A stretch of DNA of 64,000 nt from assembly GCA_051294905.1 (NCBI GenBank), contig CM119371.1, positions 4,218,001-4,282,000 on the forward strand, written 5' to 3'. Below the pieces are notes generated by a model. The model was given only the letters and a program-made list of their open reading frames with translations. It did no database searches and was not told where the DNA came from. This DNA is from Botryllus schlosseri (lineage: Eukaryota). Positions within the stretch are counted from its first letter, which is position 1. Every line of letters begins with the position of its first letter. Both the position numbers and the translations under genes were made by a program. Positions 13,732 through 26,157 of the stretch are shown here, in pieces.

Positions 13732-14439
13732 GGGCGGGGATAATAAAGTTCGATTAGCAACAAAGTCGATTATCGCGTTTGTCAGGATTTATCAACCCAG
13801 GATTAAGGAAACCGGTTGATCGCAACGCATAAAGTTAGTGTTAATCTCATGATTTAAAAAAACGAACAAACTATAGATAACTAGTTATCTATAGCAACTG
13901 CGGACGCTGCGTACCATTCCTACGCAGAAATATTTCCGATAATGACCATGTCAACCCGACTATATCCTAGGTAATGGCTTCACTAAACAATCAATGAATC
14001 ATGTACCCGCCATTGCAGAGCGATATCAATATTCTATAATCCGTTTCGTAGCTGTACCATTCGAATTGGACAAGACTTTCATTTCGCGATGATGATAATT
14101 CTACCTGCAATTGCAGTATCGTTATCAACCGAGGCTGCTGTTTCATTCAACTGTACATTCTATAATTCAACATATTAACAACTGACAGTGTATAACTCGT
14201 TTTCGCATTATGATGCAACAGATAACGCCACTTGATTGAAAACTCAGGGCATCTCGACTATCCATCGCGCGTAACCTTTCCCAACTTTATGCGTCGCGAT
14301 TTGCAGTAATTAATCACACGATTAGCGTTCTGCCGTATCAGCTAACATTATTATCTCCACCTAAAATGCATCCAGGTGAGCAGTTTTTAATCACATGATT
14401 AGCATTATTCCGGATCAGCTAACTTTATCATCTCCGCCC
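13732..14439. mobile_element. PIF/Harbinger-type MITE
   Basis: TIRs GGGCGGGGATAATAAAGTT / AACTTTATCATCTCCGCCC flanked by TAA and TTA (TWA target); right end internally duplicated (~14310-14363); truncated copy at 20264-20420 preceded by TTA. Confidence 0.78.
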
Positions 14440-15098
14440 TTAGGGTTGTATTATTACTGCCATCGGTGATTGAATTTGTTGGAAGTAAAGCAATCAGTTA
14501 TTATGAGCTGAATTTCTCTTTTTAAAATGTAAACAATTCCTTATCATGTTTCTATCTAATTAGGAGGGTCATTACTATTTGAAAATTGGTTTGGTATTTT
14601 TCATGCTGCCAACACAACGCCCGTAAAAATCATAAGTGGAAATGCAAATAAATTCATAGCGAGACTTACAAACGACTGCTGCCGAGATACTGGGTAACAG
14701 CCTATGTTTATTAGCACTACATCAGACTTGGATAACTAGATAATTCTAGTTGTATTATTAGACTAAATAGAGCAAAATAGTATGGTAGTTATATAATTGG
14801 AATCTAATTTGTGAAATGTTTATGTATTCTAATTCTACTCAAGTTTTTGCTGTTCCTGAAAATGCTACAAGAAATCCGTGTTGTTCGAAATCGACAAAAC
14901 TCTGTTTACAGACATTTCATATTCTCGATTTTATGGGATTTTATGGGACTGAATTCTGAGCTTCATTTTTTTTTCGATATTTCTTTGTGATGTGGAATTT
15001 AATTTAAGATTGAAGCTTTTGCGAATTCAGTAATTCTTATTTACTTTGTAAACATAATTTTGAAGAGCTTCTTGGAGGTACAGAATTTCAATATACAA

Positions 15099-15276
15099 TT
15101 GAATAGTATATTCATATTGAAATGAACCCAAATATTTTTGGCTGACACTCGTCAGGGGTAATCGTCAGCAACTAGTAGAGAAATGGAAAGAACATTGTAT
15201 ATCAACAATCGTATCACAAAACACGAGTGTCAGCCGAAAATATTCGGGCTCATTTCAATATGAATATACTATTCAA
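15099..15276. repeat. Fold-back palindrome (54-bp arms, 70-bp spacer), probably a small MITE
   Basis: 15099-15152 TTGAATAGTATATTCATATTGAAATGAACCCAAATATTTTTGGCTGACACTCGT is a near-perfect reverse complement of 15223-15276. Confidence 0.85.
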
Positions 15277-16691
15277 ACATAATTTTGTGTTGTTCTGAAA
15301 TTCTTCAATGGCAATCATCCCAATATTATTTTGATTTTAAATGTCGTCATTGTGTCGTAACATCCATCGATTATTAACGATGTTTGATTTTGACTGATCA
15401 CCAGACCTATGAACGAACAGAAAATTTCCCTGATTTGAGTGTAACTGATAAATGTCTATAGTTGTTAGCAGACTTGGACATTGAGATAGTTCTAGAGCAA
15501 AATGCCAGCAATCCGATACTAATCTAATTTTTACAATGTGTCATTACTTTAATTATAATTTAATGTCTTGTTTTCTTGGAAATGCTACAGGTAGGCTATA
15601 GTAGTTCAGTTTAACGTAGTTCTGTTTAATGTAAAACGAGTCAAGCTTGCCGTACAGACATTTGCTATTCTCATGCTTATGAGAATGGACACTGATATGA
15701 AGTGAACTTGATTCAAGTTTTCACGAATTCAGATAATTGTAATCGATTTTGGAAAGAAATGTGTTACTAGAATTCTGATTTTAATCTAGTTTTTGAAAAC
15801 CTGAATATCTATGTGTTCAAGTCTTCCTGTTATCTGTTGAGATATTTTCTGAAAAAGCACAAAGTCTGGCTAGGACACATTTTGTAGAATGCCACTCTTT
15901 CTTACATAGCACATTTGATGACTCCTAATGAACAGTATTTGAAATTAAATTTCCATGTTCGCTAAGAAATGTCCAAGTCTAGGACCAAACCTAAATTGGC
16001 TTTAGTACAGGCGACGTAAAACCTGTGAAGAGTTACTAATTTCGGATTGTGTGCGGACAGGTTTAAGACAAGTTGGATTGTAGAGGGGACAAAATACTGA
16101 TATATCTGCATGCTGAAGCTACATGATATTCTTGACGGAATATTCAAGAGCCTGAAAAGCAGAAGTCGCCCTTATTTGCAGTAAATCTTCATTAACATTT
16201 TTTGTTTCATGTGAAAATCATTTAATAATGGTTCTGTAATTTTGTCGCTGTTGTTTATGCACAGTTGATTTTGCGCACCAGTATTGCATAGTAATACATC
16301 AGTTGTGTAATGTGATGGATTTTGGTCTTTGTGGCTAGGCGAAAATTTGTGGTTTGTCGAATGCTTGCAGATTATTGTATGTGCTCGAAAGGTTATTTAG
16401 AAAAGGTTAAGAACCACTGCTATAAACGTCCCAAATGTTCTATCCGCAGCGAATGTCCAAAAGGGAATCTGAAATGTGATTGTGATCTTGTAAATTGTTA
16501 TATTGTTGTATATTATCACACTGCTCCGTTTTTGCTAATTCCTTCCGTGTTTCAGACTGTGTCATAATATAAGAATTATAATACTATGTAATAACTCATT
16601 CCAAGCTATCATTCAATACTCGTTTTCAAGAAGAGAGCGATTGATGTGTGATGCTTGAAGAAGTAAAGTAATATACAGATAATCCAGAAGA

Positions 16692-17966
16692 ATGACAAGG
16701 AAGGTGTGCTGGATCTGTGGAAAGAGCTTCCATCGTAAGGACGGATTGAAAGCTCACTTGCGATTCCACCTTATATATAGAAATACCGAATGTGAGATCT
16801 GCGGAAAAACTTTTGCTGCCATCAGTTTATTGAAAAAACATTTACTATCCCACACTCTTTTGAAAAATCATGAACGCAAGAGCAATGACAAAGAGTTTAA
16901 TCTCATCGGTCACTTGAAAAGACAAGCGGATACACGTCCTGCTCACCTTGGAGTCAAAAACAAGAACTGTCAGATCTGTGGAAAATCGTTTATGCGGGTT
17001 GGCGAACTGAAAACGCATGGAAATATACATACTGGAAGCAAAAACTATGCATGTGAGATCTGTGGAAAAACGTTTGCACAACTGAATCACTTGAAAACTC
17101 ATGGACATACACATACTGGTGTTAAAAACTATTTATGTCAGATCTGTGGAAAAGCTTTTAATCGGCTTAGTGACTTGAAAAGACATGAGGATACACATAC
17201 TGGAGTCAAAAACTATGAGTGTGAGATCTGTGGAAAAACGTTTGCACAACTGAGTCACTTGGAAACACATGGACATACACATACTGGTGTAAAAAACTAT
17301 TTCTGTCAGATTTGTGGAACAGCTTTTAATCGGCTTGGTGACTTGAAAAGACATGAGGATACACATACTGGAGTCAAAAACTACGAGTGTCAGATCTGCG
17401 GAAAAGCGTTTGTTTATCTCAGTAACTTAAGAACACATGTGAATACACATACCGGAGTCAAATATTATGAGTGTCAGATATGTGGAAAAGCTTTTAATCG
17501 GCTTGGTGACTTGAAAAGACATGAACATACACATACTGGAGTCAAAAACTATGCCTGTCGGATCTGCGGAAAAGCTTTTGGTCGGTTTGGTGTCTTGAAA
17601 ACACATGAAAATACACATAGTGGAGTAAAAAAGTATGCGTGTCAGATCTGCGGAAAAGTGTTTACCCAGCTTGGTAGCTTGAATAGACATGGACATACAC
17701 ATACGGGAGTCAAAAATTATGCATGTCAGACGTGCGGAAAAGCGTTTACTCTGCTTGGTAACTTGAAAAGACATGGGAATACACATACAGGAGTCAAAAA
17801 TTATGCATGTCAGATCTGCGGAAAAGCGTTTACCCGATTTAGTAACTTGAAAACCCATGTGAATGCACATACCGGAGTCAAAAATTATGCATTTCAGATC
17901 TGCGGAAAAGCGTTTACCCCGCTTGGTAACTTGAAAAGGCATGGGAATACACATGCAGTAGAATAG
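16692..17966 (+). CDS. Tandem C2H2 zinc-finger protein, 424 aa (13 canonical + 2 degenerate fingers, no effector domain)
   Basis: Uninterrupted ORF of CxxCGKxFx5LxxHxxxH units with TGVKNY linkers. In-frame stops upstream of the ATG and a candidate acceptor (ttccgtgtttcag, 16555) suggest a single coding exon. Confidence 0.93.
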   Translation: MTRKVCWICGKSFHRKDGLKAHLRFHLIYRNTECEICGKTFAAISLLKKHLLSHTLLKNHERKSNDKEFNLIGHLKRQADTRPAHLGVKNKNCQICGKSFMRVGELKTHGNIHTGSKNYACEICGKTFAQLNHLKTHGHTHTGVKNYLCQICGKAFNRLSDLKRHEDTHTGVKNYECEICGKTFAQLSHLETHGHTHTGVKNYFCQICGTAFNRLGDLKRHEDTHTGVKNYECQICGKAFVYLSNLRTHVNTHTGVKYYECQICGKAFNRLGDLKRHEHTHTGVKNYACRICGKAFGRFGVLKTHENTHSGVKKYACQICGKVFTQLGSLNRHGHTHTGVKNYACQTCGKAFTLLGNLKRHGNTHTGVKNYACQICGKAFTRFSNLKTHVNAHTGVKNYAFQICGKAFTPLGNLKRHGNTHAVE

Positions 17967-18620
17967 TGGAACGCATGTCTTTTTCTTCTCGCGATGATGA
18001 TCTCGAACATGATGCAGTAATATTGATAGAAATACCTTATACTAAAATATGCTGTAACTCTGCTATCATATCGATACGATTTCATATTGCGATCGAATCT
18101 GTACGAGTACTCAACACATATATCTTTGAATCACCTTTCCGGCTAAATGATTTCTGTGTGTGCCGGGTGTGTTGTGTAGAAATAAATGGTGGTGGTCTTG
18201 TATCTTCGTGTTACTAAGCCTCTTGCCCATGTCCATTTGTCGCTGGCACAATAAAATTTATGTTCACGTTGTTTTTCCCACCTAATTTTTTTTTGTTTGA
18301 AAATGTTTCTCCCGTTTCATATTTTAATCACACCGTATGATTACTGTCTGAAAATTTGTTTTTCACAGCCCTAATCAGTTTCAATGAACACTTTTTTATA
18401 GTAATTTGCGCTGGGTCTGTTGTTTAGAGAAGTTTGATGTGGATATTCAAATCTTAGTATCACCGTGTGATGGGCTAATACTATAGTTTATGTCACCTTA
18501 ATTTTAAGCTTTGTGCGCATTATCCTTTGTCACATTCTCGGGTAATTAGCGGTCTGCGCATATTATTTTCGATTTCATTTCAAATTGTAATGTTGTGGCC
18601 ATTTTGTAAATATGTGTCCT

Positions 18621-19273
18621 TTCCTGCCATTCATTTCATGCAATTTGTCGACATTTTCACTTCCTCATTTTCAATTTGTTAATAATAATGGTTCATTATA
18701 GAGCTACAATAAGCTCATTATAGTCTGATATGGTGTTCTGTCAGCTTCTGCTAGTAGTATCTTCCAATTCCAGCAGTATGCAGCATCCTTACAAAGACAA
18801 TGTGAAATGGATCCCTGCATGATTTGTGATACAGGTGATAAGCCCATCATTGATCGCTATCCTTTGTGATGATGTGATTGTAAACAGTCAGCCGCAGCAC
18901 ATATTATTATTATTCTGTTTAGCTGACTGCAAGAGCATCACATAACAGATCACCGGACGTGTTTCTTGCTACCATCCATTTCATGTAATTTGTCGACATT
19001 TTCACTTCCTCCTGAGATTTCAATTCATTCATATTAACGGTTAATCATGGAGGTACAATAAGAAGCTCCTTATTGTCTGATATGATGTTCTTTTAGATTT
19101 TTGCTAGTAATAACTCCTAATCCTAGCAGTATGCAGCATCCTTACAAAGACGACGTGTAATGGATCCTGTATGATTTGTGATACAGTTGATTAGCACATC
19201 ATTGATCGCTATCTTTTGTGATAATGTGATTATGAACAGTCGGCCGCAGCACTTATTTTTTTTATTCTGTTTC
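18621..19273. repeat. Diverged tandem duplication of a ~300-bp unit
   Basis: 18621-18923 aligns by eye with ~18963-19273, e.g. shared TTTGTCGACATTTTCACTTCCTC and CAGTATGCAGCATCCTTACAAAGAC. Confidence 0.88.
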
Positions 19274-19398
19274 GCTTCGAAATCTATTGAATATCTGATA
19301 AATAATGTGTGTATTTCTGTGATACACTCGCTGCATCTTGTCAACGATTTAATTACTTCATAAGATTTTGTTTCATTCAGATTATTTGTAATTCATAG

Positions 19399-19491
19399 TG
19401 CTACAACACTGCACCACTTGTTTTGTTTGATGAAACCTTGAGGCTGCTACGACGAACTCATGAACCCTGTTTACTTAAGAGGCAAACTGAG
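19399..19491 (+). pseudogene. Possible remnant of the PLK N-terminal exon
   Basis: AG..GT-bounded; PLVLFDET and, in another frame, VYLRGKL resemble PLK1 PEVLVDP..RYVRGRFLGK. Short and weak match. Confidence 0.3.
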
Positions 19492-20565
19492 GTATATCGT
19501 GATATGAATAATTAGTAGGCATGTCAATTGAACTACCCAGAGCTATAGACATTACAGACACTGTTGGCGAGAGCTGGATTATAGCTGCAGGCTGTACGGA
19601 AAATCAGTTTTGGTCGGTGTTTTCACCTCTGTCCAGCCACGCCAGATATTTATTTATTGTTTGATTCGTGACGGTTGCTTCTCCAAGAACTGAGCAGCTG
19701 CAGAGCAAAACCAGTGTCACTCCCTAGCCATCATGATTGCGTAAGGAAGGATATTCTGCGTGAAACTTGTGATGAATAATTGTACTGACAACATAGCGCT
19801 AATCTTCTGTGACAATGCAACACTATGGAGGCACATAATGGCTTAAAATCGTCATTCACTTTAACTTTGATTTTATCAAAATTGCGGATCACATAGAATG
19901 CCCTTTTGCAAGAAGTGTGCAGGGCACTATAAAACATTTCGCCATAGTAGTATTGTAATGATTTTTGGCTGTCCGTAAGTTGCATCACCTTAACCAGTGG
20001 CTCTCGACTGCCAGTCCCCAGACCTGTGCCAGTCTGCCTTAAAATTTCAGTCGGCTGAACAAATATATATTTGATATGTTCGTAATCGCAAAATGTAAGA
20101 GGTGGTAGTCTTGTTCAGAACTAGAACACCGCCTTCTTTTTATCCGTCATCACAGCGCTGCAATTAATGCACCGATCTGTTTGAAATCACCCAGAAACAC
20201 GTTTATTAGGAAACAACATCACTCTTCCGGCATGCTTGGAACGTGATGTTTGATTATGGCTTAGGGCGGAGATAATAAAATTGGATTAGCAATGAAGTCG
20301 ATTATCGCGTTCGTCTGGATTTATCAACCCAGGATTAAGGAGAACGATTGATCGCAACGCATAAAGGTAGTGTTAATATCATGATTTAACGAACCGGAAC
20401 AAAGTATAGATAACTACTATCGAGTTGTTGGCTCCTTCATATAAAACTTTGGAAATGAAATTTCCATGAGTACAACACGTAATGTTGGATAATCCAAAAA
20501 GTGTTACAATTGTCCCCGGTCTCCCCTACTATCTGTGATTTTGTTCATAACTGTGATCTCATTAG

Positions 20566-20720
20566 AATGTTAGAAATCGGCCCCTGTAAAGGAAGTGTCG
20601 GCGAGCAAGTATTTCAACGGCTGCATTCCTCAGAAACTGCCCATAACGTGCATGACGATGGCGCCTAGAATTTCGGAAAGCCAACTACAGCAAAGACAGA
20701 CGTCCTCTCTTGTGTTTAAA
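20566..20720 (+). pseudogene. PLK1: PLK1-like remnant, copy 4: exon E
   Basis: YFNGCIPQKLPITCMTMAPRISESQLQQ/fs/DRRPLLCL; compare PLK1 [31 protein letters not shown]. Flanks are paralogous to 33846-34410. Confidence 0.88.
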
Positions 20721-21896
20721 AAATTAGTTTTCGTAAGTCTTGGCTAAATCGAGTTCCTGATTTATTGGATTCTGAATCGAGTATTACGTTTCGAGATGTG
20801 TACTCGAGTCTCATCATAACTAGAGCAAGAGCATGACACAACAGTTGTCTTATTTTTGAGCCCATACCGATAAGTAGCACCTTCACCGATAACCTCGATA
20901 TATTCAACCTATATTAAAATAATTCGGCAAGTACCTCAAGACATATTTCCAAACCTTCAGCACATTCATTTGAACCACTTTGCAGCCGTTGCTATACTTG
21001 GACATGAAATAAACTAGAAAGTATGCAGCTGAATGCATGTAAGCAGATTCAGTCAGTAGCAATAGCACTTCTACAGAATACTCAATAAGGATTTGCTCGC
21101 GGCTCCACTATTATTAGTAGTGATGACTCTTAGACGGTTGCAAGAACATCACACTACGGAAAACCGGTATCATGATTCACGACAAACGAAGACACGTGTT
21201 TTCTAGTTGATTGGCAACTAAAATATTTTCACATGCACAACTAGAACTAGAACTACTCACTTTTTGAAACCTGCAACTAAAGCTATTATTCGAATTTCAG
21301 GCATTGCTTGTGAAGTAGCAGGAGAAAGACAAATGTGTCAAGAGATCAGTCTCCATCGAAGTTTGAATCGCAAGTACGTCGTTGGATTTCACGGATTGTT
21401 CCAAGACATGAGTTTTGTCGACATCGTTCTCGAGTTGTGTAAATGAAGGGTAAAAGTATTTCCTCATTAAAAATGTAATTTACCTGTAACTGCGCCGGTC
21501 GAGAATGCATTAGATCTGTAATGTTCATTACTAGCATACTTGGACAACCAGATTATTATTGTTCTCAAATAAATAGGGCGAAGTACTTGTAATGTAATTA
21601 CAATCTAATTAGTCAACCTAGTCTATGCTGTCTTTTTAATGCTAGTGTACTTCTGGTTTTTCTGAAAATGCTACAGGAGAACTCAATACTGTGAAACAAG
21701 TCAAGATTGGTGAACAGTCATTTACTCTCCTCATGCTTATGAATGATAATCAACTCCGATTTGATATGAACTGAACTTGATTTCTTTTCCCAACTAGGTG
21801 ATTGCAATTCTAATATAATTTGGATGAATGTGTTCAATATATTTCTAATCTACTTTGGATAATGTGATCATTTTCTAGTGGCACAACTGTGATCAC

Positions 21897-22366
21897 TAGG
21901 GCTGGGCACAATAATTTGATGACTCAAATCTGAATCGAGTATCAATTCTAATCATTTGGTTTGAGTAGTAGGAAATGATTGTTTCGAGTACTGACAATAT
22001 ACGCTCCATACCACAAAAGGGAAAAATTATATTGAGAATAAGCTGAACTGAACCAATGGGAATTATACTTTCGATCATGTTTCTCACTGTGAAAAGCTGT
22101 AAACCTGGATTTGTCGTATCGCCGCATGTGTCACAAAGCTACTCATGTTACTGAAAATGACATATCTATGAAGTCGTTATCAACCAAAAGCATTGTCCCA
22201 TAGTGCAAATTGCGATGAATACGTATGGTCATAAAAGTGCAAAATAATCTTTATAATGTAACTGGAATTGGCATTATATTGTTTGTGGTGTTGCTGTGAC
22301 GTTAACATGAGTGATTCAAACTCATTACTCGATTCAGAATCAAATCACTCGGCTTAGCCAGCCCTA
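21897..22366. mobile_element. Representative copy of an abundant ~0.5-kb interspersed TIR repeat (TAGGGCTG...CAGCCCTA)
   Basis: Inverted termini; the core GTGATCAACCCACAGCATTGTC..AAAGTGCAATGAAATAGG recurs in both orientations at about 170-510, 5330-5760, 7950-8120, 9120-9520, 24075-24310, 25290-25580, 26390-26650, 32520-32860, 35520-35980 and 37135-37590; no TSD resolved. Confidence 0.7.
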
Positions 22367-23105
22367 GGCTCTATTACACGTTCAGTATCAAAAAACAAGT
22401 ATTAAATGAACTTCATAGTTTGGAAGGTGCACCGGTCTGCAAAAACTGTTGTCAAATTTGACCAGCCCTCAGAAAGGTTGAGAACCACTGATTTAGGTGT
22501 GTCCAACAAATAATACTTTTTTCTCGTCCCAGCAAACCAATTACCATTGATTTTTGTTGTCAGTTGCTGACGGAAGTTTTCAAAAGAAGACGCTCCATCA
22601 CAGAACCAGAGACCCGTTATCGCACGCAATTGAATCTGCTTGGTGTTGTTTATCGCCACAATTGTAAAATCATTCACAGAGAGATAGCAAGGTAACATTG
22701 TATGTAACCGTGCAATTGTAAATGATCTTCAAAAATTATGTCCGGACTAGAGCCGACCAATGATTGGTTTGCCAATTTGGGGATAAAACTATGCACATTA
22801 TGTATCACTAACGAAAAATGATTGATGACGCTACAAGCTCTTGAAAGATTTTCAACATGCGCAGCAAGAATTAGAACTGCTCACTTTCCCAAATTCTCTA
22901 CTTGAACCAACAACGATCATTGATTTTCTGCTACTAACTAACTAATACACAACTCACTAATGATTGTTTGGTTACTAAATTACAAATGAGCTGTGAAATA
23001 TCGGAGATAGAATTCGCATCTCAAATCGACGGGGGCTCGAGCTTAAAACGGGGGTGGTTTCGGCCTGCCCTACCTATACCGCTGTTTGACTGGATGACTC
23101 TGAGC

Positions 23106-23540
23106 CAGGGCTGCAATAATTCGAGTCATGATTTGACTCGAGTCAAACCCAAGTTACACTTATTTGGTGACTCGACCTGACTCGAGTCATATGACTCAAG
23201 ACCAGGACTATCACTGTAACTTTAAAGAATAGCGAAGTCACCACATGATTTGTATTTTGTATATCAGTCCTGATATTTAAAAAAAAGGGCCAGAAACTGT
23301 TAACTGAGGTAAATAACGACATTATGAATGCGAGCCATTCTATATCACTTGAAGAGAATTGGAAAAAGTATATTGTACTGATAACTGAACAGTGAACATA
23401 ATGACTTCCACTTCCAGATACGGTTTTCTACTAGCTAACTTGGACTCGGACTTGACTCGATGGTGAATTCAAAATGACTCGACTTGATTCGGGTGAAAAC
23501 TATAAAAGTGAGATTGACTTGTGACTTGGTTACAACCCTG
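23106..23540. mobile_element. hAT-type MITE with GACTCGAGTC subterminal repeats
   Basis: TIRs CAGGGCTGCAA / TTACAACCCTG; perfect TSD CTCTGAGC. Confidence 0.85.
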
Positions 23541-26157
23541 CTCTGAGCTAGTGAAGGCTGCAAAATGATCATGCAACAGAACACCGGTATAATGGCGACA
23601 CACGTTTTCTAGTTGTTGTTGTCGGCGGCTACATTTTTTCTGAATGAACCACTCTTCAAGATCCGCAACTTCAACTAGAACAACTTGCTTTTATATTACG
23701 CAACTAAAACCTGAACTCCTCATAATGGCAGTAGTTTGTTAACCGTCAACTATCTGGATTGGTAGTTTGTACAAGTTTGTATACCTGAGTAATTGAATAT
23801 GAAATTTTTATTGACAGTTCGGAATCTATTCCTGAACAATATGGAGGTGAACATCGGAGATTTCGGCGAGATTTCATCCTGGCTACCAAAGTCTACTTTG
23901 ACGGCCAAGCCAAAAATACTTTTTGTGGCACTCCCAACTATATCGCTCCAGAAGTTCTCGGAGAGAATGGGCACAGTTTCGATGCGGAGACCTGGTCGTT
24001 GGGCTGTGTTTTGTGATTATATAAGAACATCCATGTGTAAGTTTATTATAAGGGAATCCAGAGGGTCTTGGGGATAGGACTGGGAGAATTCGAGCACCCG
24101 AGTGCTTTGATTCTGAATCCAGTGTTAGCCTTAGAGTCCAGTATCCGAGTATCACTCAATATGACGTCATAACAGTATGAATAATGTGCAAAGTACAGAT
24201 ACATAACTTTTACGTGAGCACAAAAATATAATGCCAGATCTGCAATTCTGCATCACATCGAAGATGATTTCATATATTCTCGACCACGCCAATTCTATTG
24301 CACTTTGTGACTTCAGAGACGCTGCCCAGCAGATTTGGCTCAATTCCAAACAGCCGAACCGCAGCAGAGCCAATTGAAATTTTTAAATTTATTCAAAAAG
24401 GTAAAATTGCTGCCCTCCCCACAGCTTGAGCTTATCCTCCTGTAGACCAAACAGCAGAAACCTGGTAGCCTGCTGATGTTTACTGCTATAATGACTGTTA
24501 ATCCGATGAAATTGCGAAGTTGTCTAAAAGAATGATGCATGGCAATTTTCGCTCACTTCAAACTAACCCTAGTAGACATGTCGCCAAAACTATAATTTTT
24601 GTTGAGTATCAAGGATCGTATCATTTCGGTGCTCGAAAAAATCATCTCATTACTCGACTCGAATCATTGTGTCCAGCCTTAGCTATTGCATATTGCACAG
24701 ACTTCTGACGTTATTATCAGCGGAACTGGGCAAAATCCAGCATCTTGGTGATTAGATTACGTGGTGTGTAGCCTGTATCCTGCCAACAAGCTGTGCGAAT
24801 TCCAGTTCTTGTTTGGCTCCATGTTGAGTATAGATTGTCTTTTTATGAGGTCATAAAACCTACCAATCCACATTTTAACCTATTATGCATTTGCGAAGAA
24901 AATGAATTTTTCCAGCCCTCGTCACAATTGCAGTGTCATTGTTTCAAAGTTTTAATATCTTATATCTTTACTTGACAGGTGCTACTAATACAGAGACACA
25001 GAAGCACCGCACTTGTGACGAGCAAGAGGCCACCATAATATGCAGCAACGAATCATTGGACTTTCATATGGCAAAATTGGAAGCTCAGCTGAAGAAATTG
25101 ATCGATACCAATCCAACATTGCAGTCTGCTATAAATATAGGTTGGTATTTATGTAATCTCTGATTGATTTCATTTTGAATAGAATTCCTCTTCCATGTAG
25201 GCCTGTCTACGAATCAGAGATTTGATACCATAATAGACTGTCACGATAACTGAAAGATAACAAAAATTCTCTGCGAAAATCCAGTATGTAAACTGTGCAA
25301 AGCTGTAAACCTTGACTGGTCATATCGCAGCATACAGATTATATTTTTTGCTTGCAAGGTTGTTTATTCGATATTCCATAGACATGAAAATCAATATAAC
25401 ACACTGGTCGCGACTTATCTGGGAAATCGCGATCAAACCACAGCACTGTTGCAAAGTGTAATGAAATAGGCTTGGTCGAAGGAATACCAAATTATCTGAT
25501 TATGTGATGTAAAACTGGTGTTGTATTCTCTGTAGTCGCATGATAGATATTTCAACTTTCCACATCATCCATACTGTTACCCACTGCTAGAGCTAAAAGT
25601 AGTGATGTTTTAAAATTCGCAACTAGAACACAAAATAGATCTAGAATCACTCGTTTTTGAAAACTCGCAGCTGGAACTAGAGCTACTTACTTTTCAAAAC
25701 TTGTAACAGCTAGCACTAGAACTAATGACCTTTGGAACCTTGCAACAGAATTAAACATGAATAACCAATAATTGCTAATGTATACAAATACTTCATTGTA
25801 AACGAGCTAAGAAGTATTGGAGACTAAATTCTAGTTTGAAATAAATGGCATTTCGACCCCCATATCCACCCATGGCTACGTCACTGTTAGTACTGACGAC
25901 TCTGATCTAGCAATGGCTGAAACATCACACAACGGAACACCGGTATCATTATTCACGACAAATGGAGATGTGTGGTTTCTAGTTGATCGACAACTAAAAT
26001 ACTTTTGCACAACTAGAACTAGAACTACTCACTTTTTAATGAGACTAGAACTTGTGCAAAAAAGCAGTAGTAGATTGGCCATCAACCAACTAAATTGGTA
26101 GTTTGTACAAGTCTGCTGTATAGGCTACATATTAAACATATTAATTTGCAATGACAG

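Larger units (their letters stand above)
21301..25140 (+). pseudogene. PLK1: PLK1-like pseudogene copy 5 (exons A, B, C, F)
   Basis: A 21301-21449 (QEISLHRSLNRKYVVGFHGLFQDMSFVDIVLELCK*); B 22564-22691; C 23818-24012 ([15 protein letters not shown]/insertion/[44 protein letters not shown]); F 24979-25140. Exons D and E not seen. Confidence 0.92.

Noticed and set aside
12544..16691. A spliced PLK-zinc-finger fusion protein
   Set aside because: The segment after the 16555 acceptor has TGA and TAA in the ZF frame, a phase-1 join hits a stop within a few codons, and the PLK exons are disabled.
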